DNA from: Camelus ferus
Lineage: Eukaryota
Assembly: GCF_009834535.1 (NCBI RefSeq)
Contig: NC_045696.1
Span: 62,001 to 126,000, forward strand
DNA length: 64,000 nucleotides
Direction: 5' to 3'
This document shows, in pieces, positions 9,901 to 23,300 of the stretch. Under the pieces are notes generated by a model. The model ran no database searches and was not told the DNA's origin. It saw only the letters and a list, made by a program, of their open reading frames with translations. Within the stretch, counting starts at the first letter, position 1, and each line of letters opens with the position of its first letter. The position numbers and the translations under genes are program-made.

Positions 9901-12900
9901 TCTTTGGAAGTAATGGTTCCTGTGTCTGGGAAAGAAGACTATATGTAGGTTCTGAAGGAAGTTCACTCAAATTCGCCTTGAGATGTCGAATTTAACAAAT
10001 CTTGAAAAAGTTTCTGAAGAGCATGCCAAGAAAGGTGATAAAAGTGGGAGAATATCTCTTTCCAGGAAGACTATTGTGCCAAATCTTAGTCATCACACCC
10101 TGGGAATCAAGTGGAAAATGTATATCTACTTCCCGAGCCTCTTTGGGAGCACAGATTTCTGTGGTTTCCAAAATTAGTCTATATACCTGTTCTGAAGGGC
10201 TTTCACTCAAACTCATCTTAGGAACACCAATAGCCTTTCACTTGACACTGCCATTAGGAAGTATACTAATGAAGGTGAAAAGAGTATTGTTTGAATGGGA
10301 CTTCTAATTTAGGCCAGGTGCACTCAAACTATGACAAGCGTTTCATCCTGGGAACATGAGAGTGAAAAATCTTCTTCTTCTGCATTATAGGGATCACAAA
10401 GTTTTGTGTTTGTGAAGAAAGCCTAATAGCAAGTTTTGATAGGCCTTTTCACACATTCACATTAAGGCCACTCACTTCATCTATTCTTTGATTATCTTTT
10501 GGAAAGACAGCTGGAAATTTGTAAACATTGCCAATATAATGTCTCTTGAGCATTAGGTTATCTACACTGCACCTTGTAGATATTTTTCATTAAAGGAAAT
10601 ATTTTATGTGGGAATATAGTTTGTCTGCTTTCCTGTGATTACAAAGGTTGTGGGATTGAGAAACTATCCTATCTCTAAGTTCTGAATACCCTGCTTTAAA
10701 TCTCCCTCTTAAATCATGAATTTCCCCTTGTTGAATCTCTATCAAGCAAACTTCAAAATGGTGTAAAGAACTACTTAGACAAGATGAAGCACTTTGTGTT
10801 AGATGTACCCAGTCTTGTAAACATGTTCCAATCTTGGAATCTAACACATTTGGATGCTTTCCCCATTGTGTCTTTTTTCAAAGACATGGCTTTTGTCTTT
10901 GGAATACAAGCCTATCACCATGTTCCCTAATATTTTATTGCAACTTGATTTTAGATCCTGAAATTCACCCATCTCAAATGCCTTCTATGTAGCATGAAAT
11001 CAAAAGTGAAAAAAATAATGTGATAATAACTCCTCAATATTATGGTCTTTTTGTCTTATACAATTGGATTAACCTGGGACACACTTGGGAGTAAGCTGAA
11101 TTCATCCAATGTTTCAGTAGCACAGAACTTTGTGTGTGGGTGAGAAGTCTCTGTGCATAGCCTGAAAGGCCCTCACTCAAACTCACCTTTAGAACACCAA
11201 CTTCCCTTCATTTTACTTTGTCCATAGAAAGAATACAAGGAAAGATGGAAAGCTGTTGCTAGAAAGTCTCTTCCAATTCACAGTTAGGTGCACACAAAAC
11301 CTTGACATAGGTTTCATTCTGAGAACAGAATGACTATGGAAAATACCCTTCCTCTGTATTGTTGGGAATGCAAGGATTTTGATTTTCAGAGGGTAACAAA
11401 TCTGCATACTATGAGGGAATTTCTGGCCAACTCACATTTAGACAATTCATTTCAGACAACCTAAAATTGCCTCCTTGTGAAGATCAGAGGAATTTTGATA
11501 ACTTGGTGGATAGTAAATCTCTTCAGCATTAGTCTAGGTGTAAATCAACTTGTAGATCTCCATTCTCAGGGAGAACTTGCATGAAAAGTTTCCTTCCTCT
11601 GCCTTGTTGAGGACACATTGACTTTCAGTTAGGGTGACTAGCATGTCTGCATATTTCTAAAGGCCTTTGTTCATAATCACCCATAGACAATTCACTTTAT
11701 TGCTCCTGAATCTTTTTGTAAGAAGAATATCAAGAAAGTAGATAAATTTGATTCTAGAAACTCTCTTAGCATGACATTAGGTTCAAAATATCACATTTCC
11801 CTTCTATTTCCAGGGTATGAATATGTGTAGGAAATTCACTCCATCTGCTTGATTGGACTCACATAGTTATTATATTAGAGAAACAGCCTTATTTCAAAGT
11901 TCTCAAAAGCCTTCATTTCTACTCCCCAAGAAATCAGTGGATTTCTCCTATGTTCAACTCTTTTTGTGAAACAAATAACTGTGAAAACACCATTGTAGGA
12001 ATGTCTCCACCACCTAAGTCTACATGCATGAAATCTTGAACATATGTTCCATCCTGGGAATCTAATGGGTAATGATAATTCTTTATTGTGCTTTCCTCTT
12101 AAGAAATGTTTTATTGGGAAACAAGCTTATTTCCAGGTTCTGAAAGAAGTTCAGTCGAACTTGTCTTGAGATATCTATATTCACCCACCTAGAAAATGTT
12201 ACTGGAAAGCATGCCAGAAAAGGTGATAAAACTGGGAGTATATCTCTTCTGAGAGAGGCTATGTGTTCTGAATCTTATACAAACATACGACCCTGAGTAT
12301 CAAACAGAAAAAGTATAGCACCTTCACGTACCTCATTGGGAGCACAGAATTCTATGGTTTTTGAAATTAGTCTATGTGCCTGTTCTGAATGGCTTTCATT
12401 CAAGCTCATCTTAGGAACACCAACAGCCCCTCACTTTCACTCTTTGTAGGAAGCATACTAAGGAAAGTGAGAACAGTACTGTTTACATGGGTTTTCTAAT
12501 TTAGGCCAGATATACCCAAAGGTTGACAGACATTTCATCCTGGGAACACAATGAGTGTGGAAAATTTCCTTCTTCTGCATTGTAGGGATCACATAGATTT
12601 TGTGTTTGGAAAGCAAGCCCAGCTGCAATTTCTGATAGGCCTTCTCACACACTCACATGAAGACCACTCAGTTCATCTATTCTTTGTCTTTTGTAAAGAC
12701 AACTGGAAAGTTGAAAACACTGCTGATAGAAACTCTCTTGAGCATTAGGCTATCTGCATTTTATCTTGTAGATATTTTTCATTAAAGGAAAGTTTCTGTG
12801 TTGGAAATTTCTTCCTCTGCTTTGCTGGGCTCACAAAAGCTGTGGGATTGAAAAACCATCTTATCCCTATGTTCTAAGTGGCCTGCATTAAAACACTTGT

Positions 12901-14234
12901 TTATAACATAAATTTCCCTTCATTGAAACTCTTTATCGAGCAAATTTTGAAATGGTGAAAAGAACTTCTCTGACAAGATGAAGCACGTTGTGTTGGATGA
13001 ACCTAGTCTGCTAAACTTTTCCCAATCTTGGAATCCAGCACATTTGGAATTTTTCCCTCTTCTGCCTTTTTTTAAAGACATGGCTCTTGTCTTTGGGAAA
13101 CAAGCCTATCTCTATGCTCTGTAAGACATTCTCTACAATTTGACTTTTTATATTTAACTTCACCTATGCTGAAGTGTCTTCTACATACATGCAGTCAAAG
13201 GTGAAATGAAACATGGTGAGTATATCTTCTCAATATAATGCTGTGTGCTTTATCATATACAATTGGATAACCCTCAGACACACGGGTGGGAAATTGACTT
13301 CATTCAAACTTTCAGGAGCAAATAGTTTTGCATGTTGGGGAGAAATCTCTGTGTATACTCTGAAAGCCCTTCACTCATAGTCACCATTAGAACATCAATT
13401 TCCCTTCATTCTACACTGTCCATAGGAAGCATCCTAGGAAAGTTGCAAAGAATGTTCTTAGAAATTGTCTTCCAATTCACACTAAGTGCACAAAAATCCT
13501 ACACAGAGGTTTCATTCTGGGAACAGGATGACTGGAAAATTTCCTTCCTCTGCATTTTTGAGAATGCATGGATTTTGATTTTCAGAGGGTAGCCTAAATA
13601 CTTATTATGAAATAACTTCTGTCCAACTCTCATTTAGATAACTTATTAGAGATAACCTAAAATTTTCTCTGGAAATATAAAAGGAATGTTTTAAAATTGG
13701 TGGGTAGAAACCCTCTTCAGCATTAGTCTATGTACACTTCACCTTCTACATATTCTCCATTCCTTGGAAGAAAATGTGTGGAAATATTCCTTCCACTGCC
13801 TTCTTGGGGACACATCAATTTTCAGTTTGCAATACAAGCCAATCTGCATAATCTTAAAGGCCTTTTTTCAAAATCACCCATAGATTATCCACTACACCAC
13901 TCTTGAATCTTTTTCTAGGAAAATACAAATAAAGTAGAAAGGTGTGATTTTCTAAACTCTCTTAAGCATGTGGTTAAGTTCAACATATCACATGTCCTTC
14001 CTCTATTCTAGGGAATGAAACTTTGTGGGAAATTCACTTGATCTGCTTGTTTGGAATCACATAGTTTTGCATTTGGGAAACAGCCCTATTTCAATGTTCT
14101 GAAAAGCCTTTTCTTCCACTCCCAATGAAATCACAGATTTCATATATGTTGAACTCTCCTTATGAAACAAACTAAAAGATGAAAAGACACTTGCAGGAAA
14201 GTATATGCCACATTAGGCTCTATGCACGGAATCT
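6927..14234 (+). repeat. Satellite array 1: ~3.3 diverged tandem copies of a ~2.19 kb monomer (strand label arbitrary)
   Basis: The marker GGAAAAT(T/A)(T/C)CCTTCCTCTG with the same flanks recurs at ~6958, 9140, 11338 and 13534 (spacings ~2182, 2198, 2196). Colinear similarity runs through each copy. Confidence 0.93.
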
Positions 14235-14698
14235 ATCTAAAGCTGCCTCCAAGAAATGAAGTCCTCAGAAATTCTGCCAAATAAACATAATTATCAATTT
14301 TAGGATGTGCTTTTTCTTCTTTTGTTCAGAGTTTTATTGACCAGGAAGTAACCCAGAGCAGGCTTCTCTCCCTTGCCTGAAATCTAGAAGGCAACAGAGA
14401 CTCATACCAGTAGAGTCCTTTGGGACCATCAGGCAACTGAGAGTCTTGGGAAAGTGGTAGAGGCAAATCCTAACACCATACCTGTCCCTATAGGGAAAGA
14501 TCTGCTCATTTTAATTAACAAATATTTTCTGTGATGGACACAAATAAGAATTGGCCACCCAAGGACCTCAGCACCCATGGTGGTCCTTACACTACCAGAA
14601 GGAGAACCCAAGACACTTAACAGATAATGAAAGAAATCTAGTTTAAAAAGCTATACAAATTAAAGTCACAAGGAGCCCACTGGCCCAACATGTAATTT

Positions 14699-15192
14699 TA
14701 TTACCAAAACAAATTTGGATCCATCTGTTCATGCACAGTAAAGATAATCTACTGACACCAGGCTGTGGTGAAGGATAGGGAAATGTTTATTTTAAAGGTC
14801 TCAGTACAAGGAGAATGGGTGGCTTGTGCTCTAAACTCCAAACTCATGATTGGGTTTCAGTAAAACATTTCTAGAGGCCAGATGAAGGAAGTGTGTCACA
14901 GGGTCTGTGATCAGCTCCTAAACAATTCTCTGATTGGTTGATGGTTAGGTAACATGGCAGTGTCACTTGGGTTAAGATTAATCCTCAATCTTCTGGTAGG
15001 CCAGGGAGCTACATGCTTATGGTCATCATATAGTTAAGTTCTTCCTTTTGCTGGGAATTTTATCATCTGGAAATCTACAAAGGAAATGTGCATCAGATAC
15101 AATTATCTAGGTACTTCAAAGAGGAGCTAAACAGAGGATTGGGGGAGGGGTCTTTCCAGAGAAGTCTCCATAGGGTCCTGCTCTCTTAAACA
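14699..15192 (-). mobile_element. ERV1-type solo LTR, antisense
   Basis: Minus-strand AATAAA-like signal (TTTATT ~14786-14791) and CCAAT-type motif (GATTGGTTG ~14932). Its left end is the approximate reverse complement of the U5 of the LTR ending at 20132. No clear target-site duplication. Confidence 0.65.
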
Positions 15193-16190
15193 CCCCAGGT
15201 TTAATTAGTTAAACCTGGAAAAAAATGGGTATGGGGAGAGGTCTTTTTAGAATCAAGTGTGTTAACCTATTTCAACTGTTATATAAACTAAAAAGTTCTA
15301 CATTAAAATACCTGATTCATGACTAAGTGTTAAAGTTATGAGATCTCTGATTTTATAAAAAAAAAAAAAGGAATTTGTAAATGAGCTCTATTCAACTGTC
15401 TTAAAGGAAAGTAAATTCTGATCAATCAAATGCCCAAATGATTTTCAGTTTCATCTGATCTGGGTCATATTTAGTATTAAATTAAGATCTAGTATTAAAG
15501 CTACTTTAAGCCTATTAATTTAATGAATACAGATGTGTTTAGCATCACATATGCATCAACTATAAATTTTTTATAGCTATGTTTACTGAAATTCTGTAAG
15601 TTCATATTTTATCTGCTTCAAAATTTGTCAACAAGGAAAAAGTTAACTTGGCATGATAATATTGTCATAAGGAATGAAATAGAAATAACTCAGATACAAT
15701 CTTTTAGGTAAACTCTTTGGAAATAATTATGTTTTATCTATGTCTATCTAAATAGTTTCTCCAGATTTTTGGTAACTTGAAACCTAGGGTTACACTAAAT
15801 TAAGTTAAATGATGTGAATTAATTGAAGGTCTCTATCATTTTTAAATAAGATAAAACACTGGAAATTGGATTGTTAGACAAGTTTAAATTTAAATATTTT
15901 TGCATGTTTCTGAATGAAAATTTAAAGATGTTTATGTTTATTGGATACATGCTTTGCAATATATTGAGGAAATAAATTTTACTGTGAGAAAGTATAATTT
16001 TTGAAGACTATAGAATATGCAGGTTAGTTTGCCAATTACAAAATACTAGTATGACAAAAAGTTCACAATTGCTTGCTACTTCTTTTTTGCTACAGATTAA
16101 AGATTTTAAAGGTTAAAAATGATAATATATATGTATTTCAAGCTACTAGAAAAAATAAGGAAATATTCCAGTATGTAAAGAAAGTAGGAT

Positions 16191-16760
16191 ACATCCCCAA
16201 TATTCATAACAGCATTATTTACAATAGCCAAGACATAGAAGCAACCTAAATGCCCATGGACAGATAAATGGACAAAGAAGTTGATATATGCAACACACAC
16301 ACACACACATTACCACATATATAATGGAATATTAACCAAGCATAGAAAGAATAAAATAATGCCATTTGCAGCAATGTGGCTGGACTTAGAGATCATCATA
16401 CTAAGTGAAATTAGTCAAAGAAAGGCAAATATCATATGATATCACTTATGTGTGGATTCTAGAAAAAGACACAGATACATCTATCTAGAAAACAGCAATA
16501 GTCTCACATACATAGAAAACAAACTTATGGTTTCCAAAGAGGGGAAGGGATGTAGAGGAATATATTTAGAATTTGGGGTTCATAGATACACACTGCTATA
16601 TATAAAATAGATAAACAACAAGGACCTACCATATGGCACAGAGAGAAATATTCAATATCTCACAATATCCTATAATTGAAAAGAATCTGGAAAGGAACAT
16701 ATATACATATATGTCTGTATGTATTATGTATGTATGTATGTATTTATAGATTTGCTGTAA
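16191..16760 (+). mobile_element. LINE-1 3' fragment (end of ORF2 and 3' UTR, cetartiodactyl type)
   Basis: Hallmark L1 strings CAGCATTATTTACAATAGCCAAGACA, GCAACCTAAATGCCCA, ATGCCATTTGCAGCAA and AAAATAGATAAACAACAAGGACCTAC. Internal (CA)n at ~16293-16309. Confidence 0.9.
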
Positions 16761-17908
16761 GTATAAAGAATGAAGATATTTTTCTAAGGGAAAATAAATT
16801 TTGTCCTACAGCTGATTGATTCTGAGCAGAAAATAAAGTAAGGGACAAACGATGTGGATAGGGAAATTTGTGGAAATCTTGCATAAAGGGAAGCCTGAGA
16901 AATTTTGTGCATATTCAAGACTGGCTAAGATTAGATTAAATTTAACTAAATAAATAATTTTGTTATTAAAATAACCTTTCACAAGACTGGAGTTTGCTTT
17001 TCTCTATTAAGACCACAAAGTTTTCTTGGAGTATTGTCTTGTTTTACATCAAATTCTAAATAAATATTTTTGACCTCTGGCTAATTCTGGGGGCATTTCA
17101 AAGGGCCCCTGAAGCATCTCAGAAAGAAATATTAAAATAATTAGGATTCCTTGGTGTATTAAATGACTTACTTATGAGTACGTGTCATTAACATAGATGT
17201 CCTAGAAATTATGACCTTCCTGGAATTTAAATATATCCTAGTATAATTGTTATCAGTCATAATTCTAGTTATTATCTTGAAATGTTACCTGTCACAGTAA
17301 CTTGGCTAAGCTTCTTTATCAACTAATTATAATCAGATCATAAATCATGACTTTTTAAGACATTTGTCTTTTATAGACAGTTATTGTTTCTCTCTGATTT
17401 TTTTCAAAAATGCTTCATCTTCAGGAAGATTATAAAACTTTACTGACAAGTGCCTATTTCTGACAACTTTCAGATTATATCACTGAACTGGGTAAGATAT
17501 TGAAGAATTCTAATAGAATCCCTTACTGTCTGATAAAATTGTTTAGCAGATGTTTGACTCTCCATCAAAGTGAAGGGAAAATTCCCCAATGAAGTTGTCA
17601 CAGAGTATATCTCATGACATGTACGCCTGCTTGCTTTAAGTCCACTGTTTGAGGCACCTGTACAATATTTGTGTAAAGACTTGGTGTAACTGATAAAACA
17701 TATAACCTATAAAATATTTCCCCTTTAACATACTTCTGAGCTTATTCATTGTTACTGATTAGATTTCCCTTAAGTTGCATAACTAGGCAGACATATATAT
17801 ATATATGAGGCCTCTCACTAAGGGCTTAGGGTAGGCAGCAACAACCCTGGCATCAACAGACATATCATCAATCCTTTCTATAAAAGAATTACAATCAAAA
17901 GGGGAAAA

Positions 17909-18365
17909 TGATGTAGGAAAATTTCATATATTGATCTATGAGAAAGTCTTCCAGCTTATATATGTTTTAACATGAACTTTAGGCTAAGCCAAACAGCATG
18001 CCTGTGGTCTTTTAGACATACATTGTACATCATCTTTAACCATGAAAGAAAAGGAATGTATTTTTTAAAAGTCAAAATGGAGTAACTGTGAGTCAGCTTT
18101 CAAACTGGAGCCATGTGATTACTATGGATATTGTTTCAGACAAGTTCCTGAATTACTGAGAATTTGAATTTTCTGAACTGTAGCTGACTCAAGGACATCA
18201 CCAAGCAGTCTGAAAACAATGCCTGATAGCACCTCCCACTACAATGTTATGATCTGTTATGGTCTCAGGGTCTCTTCTTGGAACAATTCTCTTAGTTTAG
18301 GAAGAGTAGTGATAAACAAGATAGCTTAAAGCCATAGCCTCCAGCAGAAGGCTCCAGATACTCTA
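17909..18365 (+). mobile_element. Probable 3' LTR (partial) of the ERV1-like element
   Basis: Begins TG directly after the polypurine tract. The right boundary is uncertain. Confidence 0.5.
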
Positions 18366-18844
18366 TACAAAATAGTACTAAACAAACAAACAAAAAATGC
18401 TTTAAATTATATTTCAGCAAAAAAAAAAAAAAACACATATATGTAGTGGCTAATAGCCCTGTTATGTATATATTAACACCCCTGGAATACATGAAACTCA
18501 ACATATAGGCTAACTCAAAAGACTACTTGGCTACCAAACATACATAAAGGGGATCAAAATACAAAATTTATTTTCCTGGTTGCTATTCAGAATAGAAAGA
18601 CTTTTAGGGAAATACTATAGGGTGCATTTTCATCATTATCCTCACTGTATTATATCTACTAATTTTCGAAAGCTTGTTCAGGTGCTGTGGCAAAGCAATC
18701 AAAGAAAGAGGTAATGTTTTCATAGTATAATAGTGTTGATACTAAGCCTGTGGCTCAAGAATTCTTTAAAATGAAAGTTAATGACTCTTTCTTTTCTCTA
18801 ATCTTGAGAAAGTGATTTTGCCCCCTTTCAGCAGAAAGTAGCCA

Positions 18845-19166
18845 GAAAACAGAGGAGAAGGAGGAGAAGGATGAGGAAGACAGGGATGAGGAGGAAGAGG
18901 AGGAGAAGAAGGAGAAGAAGAGAGAAGAAGAAGAAGAAGAAGAAGAAGAAGAAGAAGAAGAAAGAAGAGAAGGAAAGGAGGAGCTGAGGGGCAGGAGTGG
19001 GAAGGAAGTGCAGGAGGAGAAGGAGAGGAGAAGAGAGGAGAGAGGAGGAGAAGGAGGAGGAGAAGGAGGAGAGAAAAGAATTAAAGTTGATAAATACTTT
19101 GTTGGGTCTTCCTGGGGACATTTGGTTCCCTGTCATTGGTTGTAAAAAAAAGAAAGAAGAAAGAAA

Positions 19167-19223
<57 letters not shown>

Positions 19224-19433
19224 AGAAAGAAAGAAAGAAAGAAAGAAAGAAGAAAGAAAGAAAGAAAGAAGAAGAAAGAAAGAAAGAAAGAAAGAAGAAA
19301 GAAGAGAAGAGGAAGGAAGAAAGAAAGAAGGAGAAGAAAGAAAGAAAGAAAGAAAGAAAAAGAAAGGAAGAAGGAAGAAGGAAGGAAGAAGGAAGGAAGA
19401 AGGAAAGAAAGAGAAAGAGGAAAGAAGAAAGAA

Positions 19434-19469
<36 letters not shown>

Positions 19470-19516
19470 AAAGAAAGAAAGAAAGAAAGAAAGAAAGAAG
19501 AAGAAAGGAAGAAGGA
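18845..19516 (+). repeat. Purine-rich simple repeats, (AGG/AAG)n and (AAAG)n, in two blocks split by ~60 bp of mixed sequence
   Basis: Directly visible: blocks ~18845-19080 and ~19144-19516. Confidence 0.95.
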
Positions 19517-20132
19517 ACGACACGGCCTCCAGCTGAAGCCCTCAAGATAAACGCCGAAGAAAGAACAAAGCTTAGCCTCCCTAGGCTCGTCCCCTGAGAT
19601 CCAAGGAGAAGAGAAGTAAGAATTGCAGAAGACAGAGAAAAAAGAGTCCAACACCCCTGGCCATAATAGTACTAAATTAGGCATTAAATAATGTCAAGCC
19701 CTTTAGTTCCTCTTCAAGGGCTATTACAGTAATATCCTGAACCTATATCTTTGAGTTGCTTTGAAAATAATTTCCAACCGGAAGAAAGACTTAACTGCAT
19801 GCTGACCACCAGCATGTGGACCCCCGATCAGTTGTGAACCAGAAAGTTGTATGAACTATCATTCTCAAAGTATCACCCAGTTACCTCATCACTATCCAAT
19901 CAGATAAATATCCCTGAGGGTGATCATGCCCCCGTAATCCTCTCCCTCACCTGCCTTTAAAAACCCTTCCCTGAAAGTCATCAGGGAGTATGTATCTTTT
20001 GAGCATGAGTTCCCTGGTCTCCTTGCTCAGTGCCCTGCGATAAATATTGCAATTTCCTTCACTATAACCCAGTGTCAATGGATTGGTTTTGCTTTGAATT
20101 GAGAAAGTGGACTCACATTCAGCTTGGTAACA
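19137..20132 (+). mobile_element. ERV1-type solo LTR whose 5' end appears to contain the (AAAG)n expansion
   Basis: LTR body is clear from ~19637: CCAATCAG ~19897, TTTAAAA TATA-like ~19956, GATAAA ~20039, ending GGTAACA at 20132. A candidate 4 bp TSD, TCAT, lies at 19133-19136 and 20133-20136, so the 5' boundary is tentative. Confidence 0.65.
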
Positions 20133-20690
20133 TCATTAACTCTGCTCTGATGTGTTTAAATACATTGAAAGGAAATAGATCAATTAGGCTAAGAGCTTGG
20201 TGATGGAAATATAAATGAAGTTACAAGTCACACATGGAAATCAAAAATACAAGAAAACAAAATATCACAATTTTTGAATATATCAGTATTGCAGAGTATA
20301 TCAGTAATATATTTGTAATCATGTAAAAACTGTGATTGATGTGTTTCTTAGGTTTTTAAAATGCAATTTGCCTTTTCCCATCTCAATGAACACTTACTTT
20401 TATGAGTATTTCTGTATTTTGTAATTTCATCTCTCCCTTAGAGAGGGGTCCATATTCAGAAACCAAAAAATCTGGATGCATTTCTGCCAGTGGGCCAAAA
20501 GATAATTTCTATAGAAGAATATCAGAAGGAAGGGGATGATTCATGTAGAAGACAGAGATAGCTGACAAAAAAGAAGAGGGCTTAATTTTGGAGGAATGAA
20601 ACACTTTAGGCTGACGTTGGAAGAAAAGAAGAGGAGAATAATGGGGGAAAAGAGAAAATTAAGATGTAAGCTGGAATTTAAAGCTATTTA

Positions 20691-21158
20691 TGTATTGAAG
20701 CAGGAACTTGGGCCATCCCAGGAGAGACCCCTGCCCAAAAACCTCTGCTGTAGGTTCTCTCTGATAATAGTGTCTCATGTATATTTCCTGAGTTTTTCAG
20801 ACGCTAAAAACCATCACCAAAGGGAAGAAAATTAACTACTTGATGATCAAGAGCCCATGAACCCCAGACCTTCTGGCGTCAACTGGTTGATGGTGTTTAC
20901 TACCCTGTTTCCTTTATATTAAGTAATCAGAGAATTGTATATGAGCTGATCATGTAACCTGAGATGTATCCACTCCCTTTCTTGGCCTTTAAATATGCTT
21001 TGCTTAAACCCTTCTGGGAGTTCAGGGTGTCCTTGAGAATGAACCATCCCATTTTCCTTGATCAGCCCTGTAATAAAAATTTTTTTAACCCAAACTCTGA
21101 GGTTTCAGTTTGTTTGACCTCATGATGCACAGGACACAGGATCTTGCCTTTGGTGACA
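20691..21158 (+). mobile_element. ERV1-type solo LTR with 4 bp target-site duplication
   Basis: Starts TGTATTG and ends GGTGACA, flanked by TTTA on both sides (20687-20690 and 21159-21162). AATAAA at 21072-21077. Internal similarity to the LTR at 19637-20132. Confidence 0.85.
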
Positions 21159-21371
21159 TTTAGATAATATAAAGTTACAAAAGCTGTGGTGTTAGTTTGT
21201 ATAGAGGGGTCTGGAAATATTTGAAGTAGAATCCAAACAGGAAGTTCTGTGGAACAGTATTATAATGATGGAAAAGGAGAGAATATTTATAAATCCTATT
21301 TGAGCTCCCACATAACAAAATAACTGTGAAAATCAACTTATTACTTTCCTAGTCATGTTCAATAGCCAACC

Positions 21372-21552
21372 AGAAGAAAGGAAGGGAGGGGGTGGAGGGA
21401 GTGAGAAAGAAGGAAAGAAAGAAAAAAGAGTACATAAATAGAAGGAAAAGAAAGAGAGAAAGAAGAAAATAAAAAAGAAGAGAGAAAGAAGGATGTAAGG
21501 AAAAAGGAAAGAAAGAAAAAGAAAGAAAGGAGGGAGGGAGGGAAGGAGAGGC
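21372..21552 (+). repeat. Low-complexity GA-rich tract
   Basis: Directly visible purine-rich degenerate repeat. Confidence 0.85.
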
Positions 21553-21739
21553 TAAATAAACACACAAACAAATCTATTGTTTTCATAATTATTAACATGA
21601 TAATGTTTGCCAGGAAGATACAAATAATGAAAACTGTTCATCCAGTGCTACAATTCCAAGGCCCTGAGCAATAGTAGATTATAACATAAGTGTTTATTGT
21701 CCCATTACTTCTTTTTCTGAGAAAGAGGTTAGTGTTTTA

Positions 21740-22868
21740 TTATGTGAATCTTTCCTTTCTATTGAGCTAAAATTCCCATGACATAAAATTAACCATTTTA
21801 AAAGATATACCAGTGATGTCTAGTACATTCACAAAGTTATACAGCCAATCACTCCTCACTAAGCCTTTCTTCCTGGTGGGTGAAAACCATCAGTTAGCTT
21901 CCTGTCTCTATGCATTAACATATTCCAGATATTTTCACATAATTGGAATCATACATTGAGTGACCTCTTGTGTCAGGCTTCTTTCATCTAGCATAATGTT
22001 TTCAAGTTTCATCCGTGTTATAGCATGTATTGATACTCATTTCTTTATGGTTAAATAGCATTCCACTGCATGGACACATTCTATGCAGTGTAATTAAGAT
22101 AAGATCAAGATAAAAGTTACAAAATGAAAGGTCAACCATTACCTATTTTAAAGTAGATAATTTTAATGGTATTTCACTAATAAGTAATGACATTGAGCAT
22201 ATTTCCATATGTTTTTTTGGCCATTTGTGTGTCTTTGCAGAAATATGTAATCCAGTCCTTTGTCCACTTGGTAACTGGGTTGTTTTCTTATTTTGTCGTT
22301 GACTTTTAGAAATCATTAAAAGATTATAGCTTGTCTTTCACATTTTATATGAAATTGTTCATTGCTAGTATAGAGCAACTGCACTAATTTTTGCCTCTCC
22401 ATTTGATGCTGCCAAAATTTGGTAGGTTAGTTTATTAGTTCTAATAGCCTTTTTGGTTGGATTTTTAAGATGGCCAATATGTATATAAATAGGCCTGCCA
22501 TCTGTGAATAGAGATAATTTTCCCTCTTACTTTCAATTTGAATTCTTTTCACTTAATTTCTTAGCTAATTACTCTGGCTGGAACTCCCAGTATAATGTGA
22601 AGAAGTAATATAAACAGGCATTTGTTTTTTTCCTATTCTTAGCAGAAAACTTTCAGTCTTCCACGATCAAGTACAGTCTTACCTGTGAGTTTTTCATAAT
22701 TCCCTCTCTCAGGTTGAGAAAGTTTCCTCATTACTTGTTTGATTAATGTTTCTGTTGTTATTAATCATGAAAACCTATAGTTTGATAAGTATTTTTTCTG
22801 CATCATTTAAGATCATCCCATAATTTTTCACTTCTTTATATTGTTAGTGTGGCGTATTACATTGATTA
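21740..22868 (-). mobile_element. Old LINE-1 (L1M-like) fragments, antisense
   Basis: Antisense L1 3' end strings (CATAAAATTAACCATTTTAAA, GGAATCATAC, CTAGCATAATGTTTTCAAGTTTCATCC) and ORF2-derived strings (TCTGTGAATAGAGATAATTT, CAGGTTGAGAAAGTTTCC). Confidence 0.75.
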
Positions 22869-23251
22869 TTATTAGTTATTTTTATACAATTTAAAGATTA
22901 CTTTTCATTTACAGTAATCACAAAATATTGTTATATATTCCTCCTGTGGTACAACATATCCTCAAGCCTATCTCACACCAAAAAGTGTGTACATCCTACT
23001 CCCCACCCATACATTGCCCTTCCCCACCTCCACACAGGTTTGTTCTATTTGCCATTTGCTTCTTTTTGTTATATTCACTAGTTTGTTGTGTTTTTAGATT
23101 CCACATATAAATAGTGATGTCATAAAATATTTGTCTCTTATTTCACTCAGATATAAGGGCCTCCAAGTCTACCATGTTGCTACAAATGTCAAATTGTCAT
23201 GTTTTTATGGTTGAGTAATATCCTATTATGTCTATAGATAATCTGTCTATC

Positions 23252-23300
<49 letters not shown>

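Larger units (their letters stand above)
14235..17908 (+). mobile_element. ERV1-like non-coding element: 3' part of an LTR (~14235-14330), then AT-rich internal sequence interrupted by a solo LTR and an L1 fragment
   Basis: AATAAA at ~14279, then a U5-like tract and a decayed PBS-like segment (~14335-14352). It ends in a polypurine tract AAAAGGGGAAAA (17897-17908) immediately before TG. Family assignment is from pattern recollection, not a search. Confidence 0.55.

Noticed and set aside
6927..14234. ~243 bp unit (81 codons) as a decayed protein-repeat or zinc-finger exon
   Set aside because: Unit lengths vary from ~230 to ~255 bp without frame preservation, and no periodic Cys/His or other domain pattern is visible.
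18828..19684. Long ORFs of 153-231 aa, Lys/Glu/Arg-rich or Phe/Leu/Ser-rich
   Set aside because: They are translations of (AAAG)n/(AAG)n repeats that lack stops on both strands; no sign of coding function.
21349..21598. Hydrophobic short ORFs resembling membrane peptides
   Set aside because: They are the reverse-strand translation of a GA-rich low-complexity tract.
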